Source: Eubacteriales bacterium (GTDB lineage: Bacteria; Bacillota; Clostridia; Oscillospirales; CAG-382). From it: a stretch of DNA of 64,000 bases. Location: positions 3,743-67,742 of the forward strand of contig JAZOCR010000143.1 in assembly GCA_045596605.1 (NCBI GenBank). Direction: 5' to 3'. This document shows positions 28,891 through 39,049 of the stretch, piece by piece. Both the position numbers and the translations under genes were made by a program. The first letter of the stretch is position 1; every line of letters starts with the position of its first letter. The notes beneath the pieces were generated by a model that worked only from the letters and a program-made list of their open reading frames with translations, was not told where the DNA came from and did no database searches.

Positions 28891-28963
28891 ATGTTGTATA
28901 ATGAAAGCTGCCGGCATCGTAGGGGTAGCTTCCAAAAGCTTTAGCTTTGCACAGTGTCGCCAA

Positions 28964-29115
28964 GGCTCTCCCTCGGGGAGAGCTGTCAGCGAAGCTGACT
29001 GAGAGGGAATGACTCCCTCTGACGAGAGCTGCAAACGAGGCTGACTGAGAGGGGCGAAGCTCAACACCCTCTCCGACACGCCTTTTGGCGTGCCACCTCT
29101 CCCGTAGGGAGAGGC
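28964..29115 (+). repeat. Modular stem-loop repeat element, copy C (module A + variant module B + module C)
   Basis: GGCTCTCCCTCGGGGAGAGCTGTCAGCGAAGCTGACTGAGAGGG matches module A of copies A and B with one substitution. Module C (CCCTCTCCGACACGCC..GGCGTGCCACCTCTCC..GGAGAGGC) matches 13998-14047. Confidence 0.8.
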
Positions 29116-29276
29116 ATATATGGCTATCCATATAGGGAGGCTACAGATGGTGCTACATATGTTGTGGCAGGGAATTGACGCTGTGAAATTTTTTACAACT
29201 TTTTTGCAATATGTATGAGAAATATTTTGTACCTTGTATTAAAATAAGAGTATAAGAAACGTGGGGAGGTGCAGAA

Positions 29277-30248
29277 ATGGATAATTCTTTTAAGGTTTAT
29301 AAAAAGCACAGAATAAAAAACTATATTTCTGTTTCGTCAATTGTTACCATACATTATTTTGAATTTGCCAAGGACTACCACTTCGACGGAGAAAGCCACG
29401 ATTTCTGGGAGCTCGTGTACGTAGACAAGGGTGAGATTATCGCAACTGCCGACACAAGTGATATAACGCTCCGTCAGGGTGAGGCTCTTTTCCATAAGCC
29501 CTACGAGTTTCACAGACTGCGCTCAAACGGAGTGTCTGCGCCAAACGTGTTTATTATAAGCTTCGTTTGCAGTGACGCCTGTATGAAGTACTTTGAAGGT
29601 AAGCATATAAATGTTCCCGCAAAGCTCAGAAGGCTCATATCGGATATTATAACGGAAAGCCAGGACACCTATAACCTTCCGGTTTTTGACAGAAACCTTA
29701 AGGATTTAAAGCTTTCAAGGGGCGCACGCTTCGGAGGCTCACAGATAATAAAAATGCGTCTTGAGGAGCTTCTTATAAAGCTTTATCGTGACGGCGAAAG
29801 CAGACGTGAGGCACCTGTTTTGCATACGCACATGGGAAAGGGAGAAAAAGGCACCTTCGGCAGTACCAAAGCAAGGTACGGAAACTCCGTACCCGATGAG
29901 GGAGAAGAAAATATTTCCGCACGCATTATAGAGATAATTAAAAAAGAGGGAATATACGGAGATATCGACCTTGACAGGATTTGTCTTCTTGTAAATTACA
30001 GAAAAACATATATTTGCACTCAGTTTAAAAAAGCCTGCGGCTACAGCGTAATGGAATACGTAAATATACTGAAAATTGATGAAGCAAAAAGGCTAATACG
30101 TGAGAAAAACCATAATTTTATGCAAATCTCAAATATGCTCTGCTTCAATAACCCCCACTATTTTTCAAAGGTGTTCAAGAAGGTTACGGGACTTTCACCC
30201 AGAGAATATCTCAATACGGTGAATAAGTATACCGCAGAAAGCAAATAA
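29277..30248 (+). CDS. AraC family transcriptional regulator (cupin + HTH)
   Basis: N-terminal cupin-like region and a C-terminal AraC HTH (FNNPHYFSKVFKKVTGLSPREY). Confidence 0.85.
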   Translation: MDNSFKVYKKHRIKNYISVSSIVTIHYFEFAKDYHFDGESHDFWELVYVDKGEIIATADTSDITLRQGEALFHKPYEFHRLRSNGVSAPNVFIISFVCSDACMKYFEGKHINVPAKLRRLISDIITESQDTYNLPVFDRNLKDLKLSRGARFGGSQIIKMRLEELLIKLYRDGESRREAPVLHTHMGKGEKGTFGSTKARYGNSVPDEGEENISARIIEIIKKEGIYGDIDLDRICLLVNYRKTYICTQFKKACGYSVMEYVNILKIDEAKRLIREKNHNFMQISNMLCFNNPHYFSKVFKKVTGLSPREYLNTVNKYTAESK

Positions 30249-30364
30249 GCCTTGGGTATTTTTTGTAATAATTGTTAATTTTTATTTATAGTGTTTTCTT
30301 TTTGACTTATTTGTGGTATAATTAACTTTACATGATAATTTATATATAATATGGAGAACTTTAA

Positions 30365-30622
30365 ATGAAGAAAATCTCATATAATCCCTCTGGCGTGTGC
30401 TCAAAGCAGATGAATATAGAAATAGACGACGAGGGAATAATCAGAAAGGTTCAGATAGTCGGAGGCTGTGCGGGAAATACCCAGGGCGTGTCAAGACTTG
30501 TTGAGGGAATGAACGCAAAAGAGGCGGCAGAGAGAATAAGAGGAATAAAATGCGGCTTCAAATCTACTTCCTGCCCAAATGAGCTTGCAAAGGCTATACT
30601 TAAATGCATTGAAAACGAATAG
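30365..30622 (+). CDS. TIGR03905-type small 4-Cys (TSCPD-like) protein
   Basis: 85 aa, with GGCAGNTQG and CG.KSTSCP motifs typical of that family (from memory). Confidence 0.7.
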   Translation: MKKISYNPSGVCSKQMNIEIDDEGIIRKVQIVGGCAGNTQGVSRLVEGMNAKEAAERIRGIKCGFKSTSCPNELAKAILKCIENE

Positions 30623-30657
30623 TAACAGATAGTGTAAAGTTTTGAAAGGAGAAAATT

Positions 30658-32373
30658 ATGTGTTACAAAGCAGAGTATGAGAAGTGGATTAACAATTCGG
30701 CTCTTGAGGAGGAAATACGCAAGGAGCTCGAAGCAATAAAGGATAGTGACGATGAAATAAAGGCAAGATTTGCTATGCCGCTTTCCTTTGGTACGGCAGG
30801 ACTTCGTGGAATTATGCAGGCAGGCATAAACGGTATGAATAAGTATACAGTAGCCCAGGCAACAAAGGGACTTGCAACGCTTGTTGCGCAGAGCGGCGGT
30901 GAAAAGCGTGGCATTACCATTGCCTGCGATACGAGAAATAATTCTGTTTATTTTGCAAAAATATGTGCACAGGTACTCGCTGCGTGCGGTATTAAGGTTT
31001 ACCTTTTTGACGGTCCAAGACCTACCCCCGAGCTTTCCTTTGCACTTCGTGAGCTTTCTGCTATTGCCGGTATAAACATCACCGCTTCCCACAATCCAAG
31101 ACAGTACAACGGCTATAAGGTTTACTGGGAGGACGGAGCGCAGATTTCTCCGGACCATGCAAAGGTTGTTTCCGACGAAATCGCAAGAACCGATATTTTC
31201 TCGGTTGAGCTTGCAGATTTTGATGAGGCGGTAAAAGACGGAACTATCGAAATTATCGGCGAGGAAATTGACAATAAATTTATAGAAAAGATACTTGAAC
31301 AGAGAATATGCCCTGAGGCGGTAGCCGAGGTTGCAGATAAATTTAAGGTTGTTTACACTGCTATTCACGGCACAGGTGCAGTGCTTGTTCCAAGAGCACT
31401 TGAGAGAGCAGGACTTCGTCATCTCATAGCAGTTCCCGAACAGATGAAGCCCGACGGAAACTTCCCTACAGTCAGAGTGCCCAACCCCGAGGAAAAGGAC
31501 TGCTTTGATATGGCAAAGCGACTTGCCGAGGAAAACGGTGCTGAGCTTATAATTGGCACTGACCCCGATGCTGACAGAGTGGGCGTGCTTGTTAAAAAAG
31601 CAGACGGAGAATACTATTCCTTTAACGGAAACCAGATAGGTGCACTTCTTTGTAACTACATTATTTCCGAAAGAAGAAAGAAAGGCACACTCCCGGAAAA
31701 TGCCTGCGTTATAAAGTCTATCGTTTCCTCCGAGCTTGCAAGAAGCATTTGTGAAAAGAACGGAGTTACAATGGTTGACGTTCTCACGGGCTTCAAGTTT
31801 ATCGGTGAAAAGATAAAGGAATACGAAACGACACTCGAGCATACCTTCATTTTTGGCTTTGAGGAAAGCTACGGCTACCTTGCAGGAACCTATGCAAGAG
31901 ATAAGGACGCAGTTCTTGCAACGCTTCTTATTACAGAAATGGCGGCGGTATACTCAAGAGAGGGAAAGAACCTCTACGACGTGCTTATGGATATTTTCGC
32001 AGAGTATGGAACCTATCTTGAAAAGATTGATAACATCGCAATGGCAGGTCTTGACGGCCTTGAAAAAACAAGAAGGCTTATGAGTGACCTTAGAGCTGCC
32101 ACAGTATCCGAAATCGGCGGTGTAAAGGTAAGCTACTATGCAGACTACCTTGAGGATAAAAAGGTGTCTGACGGTAAGATTTCATCAACGGGACTTCCAA
32201 AGTCCGATGCGGTTTATTTCTCACTTGTTGACGGCTCGGCAGTTGTTGTACGTCCCTCCGGAACAGAACCAAAGGTTAAGGTTTATTACCTTGTAAACGG
32301 CAAGGACAGTGGCGATGCAGAGAATAAGCTTGAAAAGGTAAGAGCTGACTTTACAAAAATACTCGGTCTTTAA
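30658..32373 (+). CDS. Phosphoglucomutase/phosphomannomutase family protein
   Basis: Active-site TASHNP, metal loop GTDPDADR, and the four-domain length of 571 aa. Confidence 0.9.
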   Translation: MCYKAEYEKWINNSALEEEIRKELEAIKDSDDEIKARFAMPLSFGTAGLRGIMQAGINGMNKYTVAQATKGLATLVAQSGGEKRGITIACDTRNNSVYFAKICAQVLAACGIKVYLFDGPRPTPELSFALRELSAIAGINITASHNPRQYNGYKVYWEDGAQISPDHAKVVSDEIARTDIFSVELADFDEAVKDGTIEIIGEEIDNKFIEKILEQRICPEAVAEVADKFKVVYTAIHGTGAVLVPRALERAGLRHLIAVPEQMKPDGNFPTVRVPNPEEKDCFDMAKRLAEENGAELIIGTDPDADRVGVLVKKADGEYYSFNGNQIGALLCNYIISERRKKGTLPENACVIKSIVSSELARSICEKNGVTMVDVLTGFKFIGEKIKEYETTLEHTFIFGFEESYGYLAGTYARDKDAVLATLLITEMAAVYSREGKNLYDVLMDIFAEYGTYLEKIDNIAMAGLDGLEKTRRLMSDLRAATVSEIGGVKVSYYADYLEDKKVSDGKISSTGLPKSDAVYFSLVDGSAVVVRPSGTEPKVKVYYLVNGKDSGDAENKLEKVRADFTKILGL

Positions 32374-32414
32374 GAAAAATTAAATAAAACTTCCGAAAGG
32401 ATTGAAAAATAAAA

Positions 32415-33863
32415 ATGGCAGATAAGAAAAAAGTAGAAAAAATAACCTCCCGTGACGTTGATTTTGCGCAGTGGTATACCGACATCGTAAAAAATGCAGA
32501 CCTTGTTGACTATTCAGGCGTAAAGGGCTGTATGATTATCCGCCCCTACGGCTGGGCAATCTGGGAGAATATTCAGAGCATTCTCAATAAGATGTTCAAG
32601 GAAACAGGACATTGCAATATATCAATGCCGATGTTTATCCCTGAATCACTTCTCAACAAGGAAAAGGACCACGTTGAAGGCTTTGCCCCCGAGGTTGCCT
32701 GGGTAACTCACGGCGGTAGCGAAAAGCTTACTGAAAGACTTTGCGTAAGACCTACCTCTGAAACCCTTTTCTGCGAGCACTATGCGCAGATTATAAAGTC
32801 ATACAGAGACCTTCCAAAGCTCTATAATCAGTGGTGTAGCGTTGTAAGATGGGAAAAGACCACAAGACCATTCCTTCGTAGCCGTGAATTTCACTGGCAG
32901 GAAGGTCACACAATGCACGCAACAGCGGCTGATGCACAGGAAGAAACACTCCGTATGCTGAATGTGTACGCAGACTTCTGCGAAAAGTATCTTGCTATTC
33001 CCGTTGTAAAGGGCAGAAAGACAGATAAGGAAAAGTTTGCAGGCGCAGAGGATACATATACAATTGAAGCACTCATGCACGACGGACGTGCGCTTCAGTC
33101 CGGTACCTCCCATTACTTCGGTGACGGCTTCGCAAAGGCATTCGATATTCAGTATCTTGACAAGGATAACACACTTAAATATTGCTTCCAGACCTCTTGG
33201 GGTATGTCCACAAGAATCATTGGTGGTATCATTATGACACACGGCGATGATAACGGTCTGGTTCTTCCGCCGGCAATTGCACCTACACAGATAGTTGTTG
33301 TACCCGTACAGCAGCATAAAGAGGGCGTTCTTGAGAAGGCGAACGAGGTTTACGAATCTCTCAAGGATAGCTTCAGGGTTGAAATTGACGACCGTGACCA
33401 GAGCCCCGGCTGGAAGTTCGCAGAGCACGAAATGCGTGGCGTTCCGGTAAGACTTGAGCTTGGACCCCGTGATATTGAAGCAGGCGTGTGCGTTCTCGCA
33501 CGCCGTGATAACGGTGAAAAGATTACTGCAAATCTTTCCGAACTTCCCGAAGTTCTCACAAAGCTTCTTGACGATATTACAAAGAATATGTACGAGAGTG
33601 CAAAGGCACGCCGCAACAGTATGACCTATACTGCGGAAAATCTCGACGAGCTGAAAACGATTGCCGCTACAAAGCCCGGCTTTATCAAGACCAAGTGGTG
33701 CGGTAGCCTTGAATGTGAAATGGCACTCAAGGAGCAGGCAGACGTTACCTCAAGATGTATGCCCTTTGACGAGGCAGAGGTAGGCGAAGAGCTTCACACA
33801 GACGTATGCGTTTGCTGTGGCAAGAAAGCCGAAAAGACTATCCTCTGGGGTAAAGCATATTAA
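32415..33863 (+). CDS. proS: Proline--tRNA ligase (archaeal/eukaryote-like type, no INS editing domain)
   Basis: Class II motifs ([25 protein letters not shown]), 482 aa, C-terminal zinc-binding-like domain. Confidence 0.95.
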   Translation: MADKKKVEKITSRDVDFAQWYTDIVKNADLVDYSGVKGCMIIRPYGWAIWENIQSILNKMFKETGHCNISMPMFIPESLLNKEKDHVEGFAPEVAWVTHGGSEKLTERLCVRPTSETLFCEHYAQIIKSYRDLPKLYNQWCSVVRWEKTTRPFLRSREFHWQEGHTMHATAADAQEETLRMLNVYADFCEKYLAIPVVKGRKTDKEKFAGAEDTYTIEALMHDGRALQSGTSHYFGDGFAKAFDIQYLDKDNTLKYCFQTSWGMSTRIIGGIIMTHGDDNGLVLPPAIAPTQIVVVPVQQHKEGVLEKANEVYESLKDSFRVEIDDRDQSPGWKFAEHEMRGVPVRLELGPRDIEAGVCVLARRDNGEKITANLSELPEVLTKLLDDITKNMYESAKARRNSMTYTAENLDELKTIAATKPGFIKTKWCGSLECEMALKEQADVTSRCMPFDEAEVGEELHTDVCVCCGKKAEKTILWGKAY

Positions 33864-33877
33864 TAAATAAGCAGTAA

Positions 33878-33915
33878 AGCGTTCCTTTGATTTTGCTTCA
33901 GAGGAACGCTTTTTG
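33878..33915 (+). terminator. Intrinsic terminator after proS
   Basis: AGCGTTCCT (33878-33886) pairs with AGGAACGCT (33902-33910), followed by TTTT. Confidence 0.8.
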
Positions 33916-34059
33916 TCGCAAATTGCAGAAAACTGTTTTGTTTTGCAAAAGGAAAGATTTTCAAAAGGGAAATCGGAATATAAATTTATATAATGTTAAT
34001 TGACAAGGGTGCTTATTTCTGCTATCATATTTATATAGAGAAAAAAGAAAGGACGAAAA

Positions 34060-35022
34060 ATGTTGAAGAAGATAAAATTTTTAACGGTAGTCTTTATCGT
34101 TTCCGCCCTTTTTGTAAGCTCCTGCGTAAAACCGTCCGAGCATTCTACAGATAATGAAGTAAAGGATAAGGAAGTCCTTAAAGTGCAGAGCGAAAAGGAA
34201 AATGAGAATGATGATACAGAGCAAGAAGAAAATAGCTCTGAAAATGCTCCCGATGACCAAAACAGAATAGACGAAGAAGCCTTCGAAAAAGAGGAAAGTG
34301 CCGAAGTTATTTCTGCCGACAGGTGGAAAATAAAGCCCAATTATACTTATGACTTTATAGAAACCTTCGGAAATTCGCAGTATTCAATATATAAACAGGG
34401 CGACGCCTACGGTGTTATGGATATTGACGGATATTATATCGGCGAAAAAACCTACTCCGAGCTTATATATTGCTCCACTCACGGGCTTTCAAGCAAGGAC
34501 GTAAAGGATACACCGGAGAAGCTTTCCGAAGACCTTGCCGTTTCTCCCGACTGTGGCTACAGAAAGGACGAAACAAGTGACGCCATATACGTTTTTGACA
34601 GCACCCGTGACAGAGTTTACGTAGCAGGCTACAAGGACGGAGTATTCAGAATAGCTGATATCACCGATACGGAATTTTTTGCGCAGAATGAAAGATATAT
34701 AGTTGTGCTGTACGACTGCGATGCGGATATTATGATGTACGAGGGAATAGGAATGAATAGCCTTTCCGAGGTCTTTAAGGCGGAGAATACCGAAATGCAT
34801 TACGGCGTCATTGATACCGATATGGACTACGTAATTGCCTGCATATACGATGAAGTACGTGACGGGAACGACTGCTATATCGTAAAGCAGAACGGCAAAT
34901 ACGGCTACCGTGCAATAAGCGGAAAAGAGTATTACCCCTGCGTGTTTGATGCGGCAAACACAGCCTATGGCGGCAGAGCATGGGTTAAATTTGACGGCAA
35001 GTGGGGGACAATCAAGTTTTAA
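34060..35022 (+). CDS. Lipoprotein with WG/KWG-type repeats
   Basis: Signal peptide with lipobox (LFVSSC), an acidic linker, and repeated G.YG / GKWG segments (GKYGYRAISG, DGKWGTIKF). Confidence 0.7.
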   Translation: MLKKIKFLTVVFIVSALFVSSCVKPSEHSTDNEVKDKEVLKVQSEKENENDDTEQEENSSENAPDDQNRIDEEAFEKEESAEVISADRWKIKPNYTYDFIETFGNSQYSIYKQGDAYGVMDIDGYYIGEKTYSELIYCSTHGLSSKDVKDTPEKLSEDLAVSPDCGYRKDETSDAIYVFDSTRDRVYVAGYKDGVFRIADITDTEFFAQNERYIVVLYDCDADIMMYEGIGMNSLSEVFKAENTEMHYGVIDTDMDYVIACIYDEVRDGNDCYIVKQNGKYGYRAISGKEYYPCVFDAANTAYGGRAWVKFDGKWGTIKF

Positions 35023-35081
35023 AGAGAATAAAAAATAAGGCTGTTTCAGAGTTTTTCTGAAGCGGCCTTGATTATTCAACC

Positions 35082-35110
35082 TTGACAACAAGTGAAATTC
35101 ATATTATAAT
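35082..35110 (+). promoter_or_regulatory. Perfect consensus sigma-A promoter (TTGACA-17-TATAAT)
   Basis: TTGACA at 35082-35087, 17-nt spacer, TATAAT at 35105-35110. Serves the frameshifted gene that starts at 35164. Confidence 0.65.
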
Positions 35111-35163
35111 GTAAGTGTAACAGATTTCAGGCAAACTATAATTGTTTTAAAGGATACACACAT

Positions 35164-35644
35164 ATGAAAAAAACTTGTTCTGTTTATAATTGCCGTTGCG
35201 GCAATAATTGCAACTGTTATAATTATAGACTCTATTCCCAAGCACGACGAGGGAGAAATCGAGCTTTTCGAAATATACCGGGATGATTTTGAGCTTATAA
35301 CGGAGTATATAATTCAAAATTTTGATTCCGAAGCTCGTAACAGTATGCATATTGAGTTTACAGAAGATGGAAAAGTAGGATTGTATGAAAACGGTAATAT
35401 ATATCCGGAGCAAGAAATCCAAAATGCATTTAACAACATTTTAAATGCTTTTCAGCATTATGAATTCAGTTTTGTTGAAATAACTCCCGAGCGTGTTTCA
35501 TACGGTGGTCTGGGATATAGAATGTATGTGTACTCAAGAAATGGAAAGGTTCCGGATTATTTCTACCACAAGGGTGACCGTATGGATGAAGACTGTTACT
35601 ATCTTGGTGATAATTGGTATTTACTGAAAGTTAACTTTATATAA
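35164..35644 (+). pseudogene. Small membrane-anchored protein gene interrupted by a +1 frameshift in an A7 tract
   Basis: AAAGGA RBS, then ATG 35164-35166, then A7 at 35167-35173. With A6 the frame would read MKKLVLFIIAVAAIIATVIIIDS... continuously into the track ORF 35345-35644 (35174 is in frame with 35345). With A7 the ATG frame stops after 40 codons. Confidence 0.6.
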
Positions 35645-35707
35645 AAGCACTCCAAAGGCGGCGCCGAAGCCGCTGCAAATGCTGATGCTTAAAACACCTT
35701 CAAATAA

Positions 35708-35751
35708 ACAAAAATCGGAAACGCACTTGCGTTTCCGATTAATCTTTTTTT
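35708..35751. terminator. Bidirectional intrinsic terminator (aspS on minus, frameshifted gene on plus)
   Basis: ATCGGAAACGCA (35714-35725) pairs with TGCGTTTCCGAT (35728-35739), flanked by an A-run upstream and a T-run downstream. Confidence 0.75.
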
Positions 35752-35758
35752 AGAGTTA

Positions 35759-37540
35759 TTATTCCTTAACGTCAATCTTAATGTGCAAATCTTCAAGAGC
35801 TTTTGCATCAACGCTTGCCGGCGCCATGGTCATAAGCTCAACTGCCGCCTGATTTTTCGGGAACGCAATAACGTCACGAAGGCTTTCAGCACCGAGAAGC
35901 TGCATACAAAGTCTGTCAAGACCGATGCCCATACCACCGTGAGGCGGTGCGCCATACTGGAACGCATCTGTAAGGAAGCCGAACTTTTCATAGGCTTCTT
36001 CATCGCTAAAGCCCAGAAGTGAGAACATTCTCTTCTGAAGGTCGGGATTTGTAATTCTTATAGAGCCTGAAGAAAGCTCAATACCGCCAAGCACAAGGTC
36101 GTATGCCTTTGCACGAACGTTTGCCTTGTCAGTTTCAAGATAGTCAAGACACTCGTCGAGAGGAGAGGTGAAGGGGTGATGCATTGCGTCCCAGTTGCCT
36201 GTCTCTTCGTTGTATTCAAAGAACGGGAACTCTGTAATCCAGAGAAGTCCAAGTCCCTTTTTCTCAATCTGAAGCTTGTTTGCAGTTTCAATACGGAGAA
36301 GACCAAGCTGCGAGAGAACGTGTCCCTTGTTTTTGTCAGCGATAATCATAACTACGTCGCCGACTTTAGCACCGGTCTTTGCAATAATTGCCGCCATTTC
36401 TTCTTCTGTCATAAACTTTGCAAAGGATGAGGAAACGCCTTCCTCTGTCATTCTTATCCACGCAAGTCCCTTTGCACCACAGCTCTTTGCGTATTCCGTA
36501 AGCTTGTCAATTTCTTTTCTGGTAAGTGTCTTTACACAGTTTTCAGCCTTGATAGCTCTTACAGTACCGCCTGCCTCAAGTGCAGACTTGAATACTACAA
36601 ACTCACTGTTCTTCACTTCTTCGGAAAGGTCAATAATTTCCATACCGTATCTTACGTCAGGCTTGTCAGAACCGAAACGCTCCATAGCTTCACTATAGGT
36701 AAGTCGGGGGAGAGGTGTTTCAATGTCAATTCCAAGACATTCCTTGTAAACACGCTTCATATATCCCTCGCCAATGGAGAGTACGTCTTCCATATCAACA
36801 AAGGACATTTCAAGGTCGATCTGAGTAAATTCCGGCTGTCTGTCAGCACGCAGGTCCTCGTCTCTGAAGCAGCGTGCAATCTGCATATATCTGTCAAAGC
36901 CTGCAACCATAGAAAGCTGCTTGTAAAGCTGAGGCGACTGGGGAAGCGCATAGAAAGAGCCCGGATGAACACGGCTCGGAACAAGATAGTCTCTCGCTCC
37001 CTCGGGAGTGGACTTTATCATCATAGGAGTTTCAATTTCGATAAATCCGTTCTCGTCAAAGTAGTCACGTGTTACCTTTGCAACCTTGTGTCTGAAAAGA
37101 ATATTCTTCTGAAGATCAGGACGACGAAGGTCAAGATATCTGTATTTAAGTCTTATTTCGTCCTTAACGTTAGAGTTTTCCGAAATTTCAAAGGGCGGAG
37201 TTTTGCTCTCGCCGAGAATTTTAATTTCAGTTGCAAAAATTTCAACGTTACCGGTGGGGATGTTGGGGTTCTTGCTTGAACGCTCACGAACAGTACCTGT
37301 TACCGCAAGCACGTATTCAGAGCGTGCCGCTGCCGCCTTTGCGAATACATCCTTGTCGCTTGTTTCGTCAAGAGCTATCTGAACGATACCGCTTCTGTCA
37401 CGAAGGTCTATAAATATGATGCTTCCGAGGTCTCTCTGCTTCTGCACCCAGCCCATTACCGTTACGACTTCGCCGATTTTTGCCTCGGTTACCGTACCGC
37501 AGTAGTCACTGCGTTTTGTGTTTCCCAGAAATTCTGCCAT
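35759..37540 (-). CDS. aspS: Aspartate--tRNA ligase
   Basis: OB-fold N-terminus, class II motifs (FRDEDLRADRQPEFTQ, GGMGIGLDR), bacterial insertion domain, 593 aa. Confidence 0.97.
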   Translation of the reverse strand: MAEFLGNTKRSDYCGTVTEAKIGEVVTVMGWVQKQRDLGSIIFIDLRDRSGIVQIALDETSDKDVFAKAAAARSEYVLAVTGTVRERSSKNPNIPTGNVEIFATEIKILGESKTPPFEISENSNVKDEIRLKYRYLDLRRPDLQKNILFRHKVAKVTRDYFDENGFIEIETPMMIKSTPEGARDYLVPSRVHPGSFYALPQSPQLYKQLSMVAGFDRYMQIARCFRDEDLRADRQPEFTQIDLEMSFVDMEDVLSIGEGYMKRVYKECLGIDIETPLPRLTYSEAMERFGSDKPDVRYGMEIIDLSEEVKNSEFVVFKSALEAGGTVRAIKAENCVKTLTRKEIDKLTEYAKSCGAKGLAWIRMTEEGVSSSFAKFMTEEEMAAIIAKTGAKVGDVVMIIADKNKGHVLSQLGLLRIETANKLQIEKKGLGLLWITEFPFFEYNEETGNWDAMHHPFTSPLDECLDYLETDKANVRAKAYDLVLGGIELSSGSIRITNPDLQKRMFSLLGFSDEEAYEKFGFLTDAFQYGAPPHGGMGIGLDRLCMQLLGAESLRDVIAFPKNQAAVELMTMAPASVDAKALEDLHIKIDVKE

Positions 37541-37608
37541 TTTTGTTTATCCTTTCAAAGCTTGTTGTATTTGTTGTTCCGTGCATTATTGTTTCGACTA
37601 AGCTGCGC

Positions 37609-38871
37609 TTAAAGCTTCGCAATCACATCTGCGGCACAAGATAGGTCGATATCCAGTTTTTCGCCGTCACGAAGATTTTTAAGCTGTGCCTTTCCCGCCT
37701 CAAGCTCACTGTCGCCTATAACAAGTGCGTACTGTGCACCGATTTTATCAGCATACTTCATCTGTGCCTTAAGGCTTCTGCCAACGATATCGCAATCTGC
37801 AATTATTCCCATAAGGCGAAGCTTATGTACAAGCCCTGCCGCATACTGCGCTGCCGCATCTCCCATGGGAGCAACGTATATTTTCGGAAGCTTCTTTTCA
37901 GGAAGCACTATCTTGCCCTTTTCTGCATTTGCACGCATTGCAAGAATAAGTCTTGTAAGTCCCAAACCAAAGCCGATACCGCAAAGTGCAGGACCGTCAA
38001 GCTCCTTTACAAGTCCGTCGTATCTTCCGCCACCGCATACAGTGCTCTGCGCACCGATGTCATCGGAAATAAACTCAAATACCGTTCTCACATAGTAGTC
38101 AAGCCCACGCACGATTTTCGGGTTGACAGTATATTCTATTCCCATTGTGTCAAGAGTCGTCTTGAGGGCGCTGAAGTGACTGTCGCACTCCTCGCAGAGA
38201 TAATCAATTGTTTTGGGACAGTCTGCGGCAATTTTTGAGCATACGGGGCTCTTGCAGTCGAGAATACGTAAGGGGTTTGTCTTAAGTCTTTCACGGCAGG
38301 TGTCGCAGAGCTCCTCCTCGTGTGCCGAGAAATATTCCACAAGCGCCTGTCTGTACTTCGGACGGCATTCGGGACAACCGATAGAATTTATGTTAAGGGT
38401 GTTTGTAATTCCGATTTTTGAAAGCACAGTGTCCGCAATGGAAATAACCGTTGCATCGGCAATTGCAGTAGGAGCACCGAACATCTCAACACCAAACTGA
38501 TAGAACTCACGTGAGCGTCCTGCCTGAGGCTTTTCGTAACGGAAGAAGTTGGAAATGTAGTAAAGGCGAAGGGGCATAGGCTCGCCTACAAGTCCGTTTT
38601 CTATTATGCTTCTTACAACGCACGCCGTACCCTCGGGACGAAGACAAAGCTCGTTTCCGTCACGGTCTGGCATAGTGAACATTTCCTTCTGAACTATATC
38701 CGTAGTGCTTCCGACGCCACGTCTGAAGAGCGCACTGTTTTCAAAAGTGGGGAAGCGGGTTTCAAAAAATCCGTATTTTTCAGCGGTTTCACGCATTATT
38801 CCCTCGGCATATTGCCACAGCAGAGCCTCATCGGGAAGAATGTCGAGAGTACCTTTTGGCTTCTGTATCAT
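37609..38871 (-). CDS. hisS: Histidine--tRNA ligase
   Basis: Class II motifs (RYEKPQAGRSREFYQ, GGGRYDGL), 420 aa, upstream of aspS in the same orientation. Confidence 0.97.
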   Translation of the reverse strand: MIQKPKGTLDILPDEALLWQYAEGIMRETAEKYGFFETRFPTFENSALFRRGVGSTTDIVQKEMFTMPDRDGNELCLRPEGTACVVRSIIENGLVGEPMPLRLYYISNFFRYEKPQAGRSREFYQFGVEMFGAPTAIADATVISIADTVLSKIGITNTLNINSIGCPECRPKYRQALVEYFSAHEEELCDTCRERLKTNPLRILDCKSPVCSKIAADCPKTIDYLCEECDSHFSALKTTLDTMGIEYTVNPKIVRGLDYYVRTVFEFISDDIGAQSTVCGGGRYDGLVKELDGPALCGIGFGLGLTRLILAMRANAEKGKIVLPEKKLPKIYVAPMGDAAAQYAAGLVHKLRLMGIIADCDIVGRSLKAQMKYADKIGAQYALVIGDSELEAGKAQLKNLRDGEKLDIDLSCAADVIAKL

Positions 38872-38921
38872 TTATTTCATCCTTTCAAGCTTGGTTTTTT
38901 TACATACTTCTACAAATAAAT

Positions 38922-38950
38922 ATTATACTCCAAACAGCGCACTTTGTCAA
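38922..38950 (-). promoter_or_regulatory. Perfect consensus promoter of hisS-aspS
   Basis: Reverse strand: TTGACA (38945-38950), 17-nt spacer, TATAAT (38922-38927). The leader is only about 45 nt, which leaves no room for a T-box. Confidence 0.65.
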
Positions 38951-39049
38951 GAAGGAATAAAGCCAAAGGGTAAAATAATTTGCCGGAAAGCCCCTCAAAA
39001 AGAAAAATCTTATGCTTACCGGGAATTTGATAAGCATAAGATTAATTTT

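Noticed and set aside
30451-31842. A 463-aa ORF on the minus strand
   Set aside because: It lies entirely antisense to the TIGR03905 and phosphoglucomutase genes. It has no RBS, its composition is Cys/Phe/Leu/Ser-rich and low in complexity, and it has no recognisable motif. The sense-strand genes have clear catalytic motifs (TASHNP, GTDPDADR).
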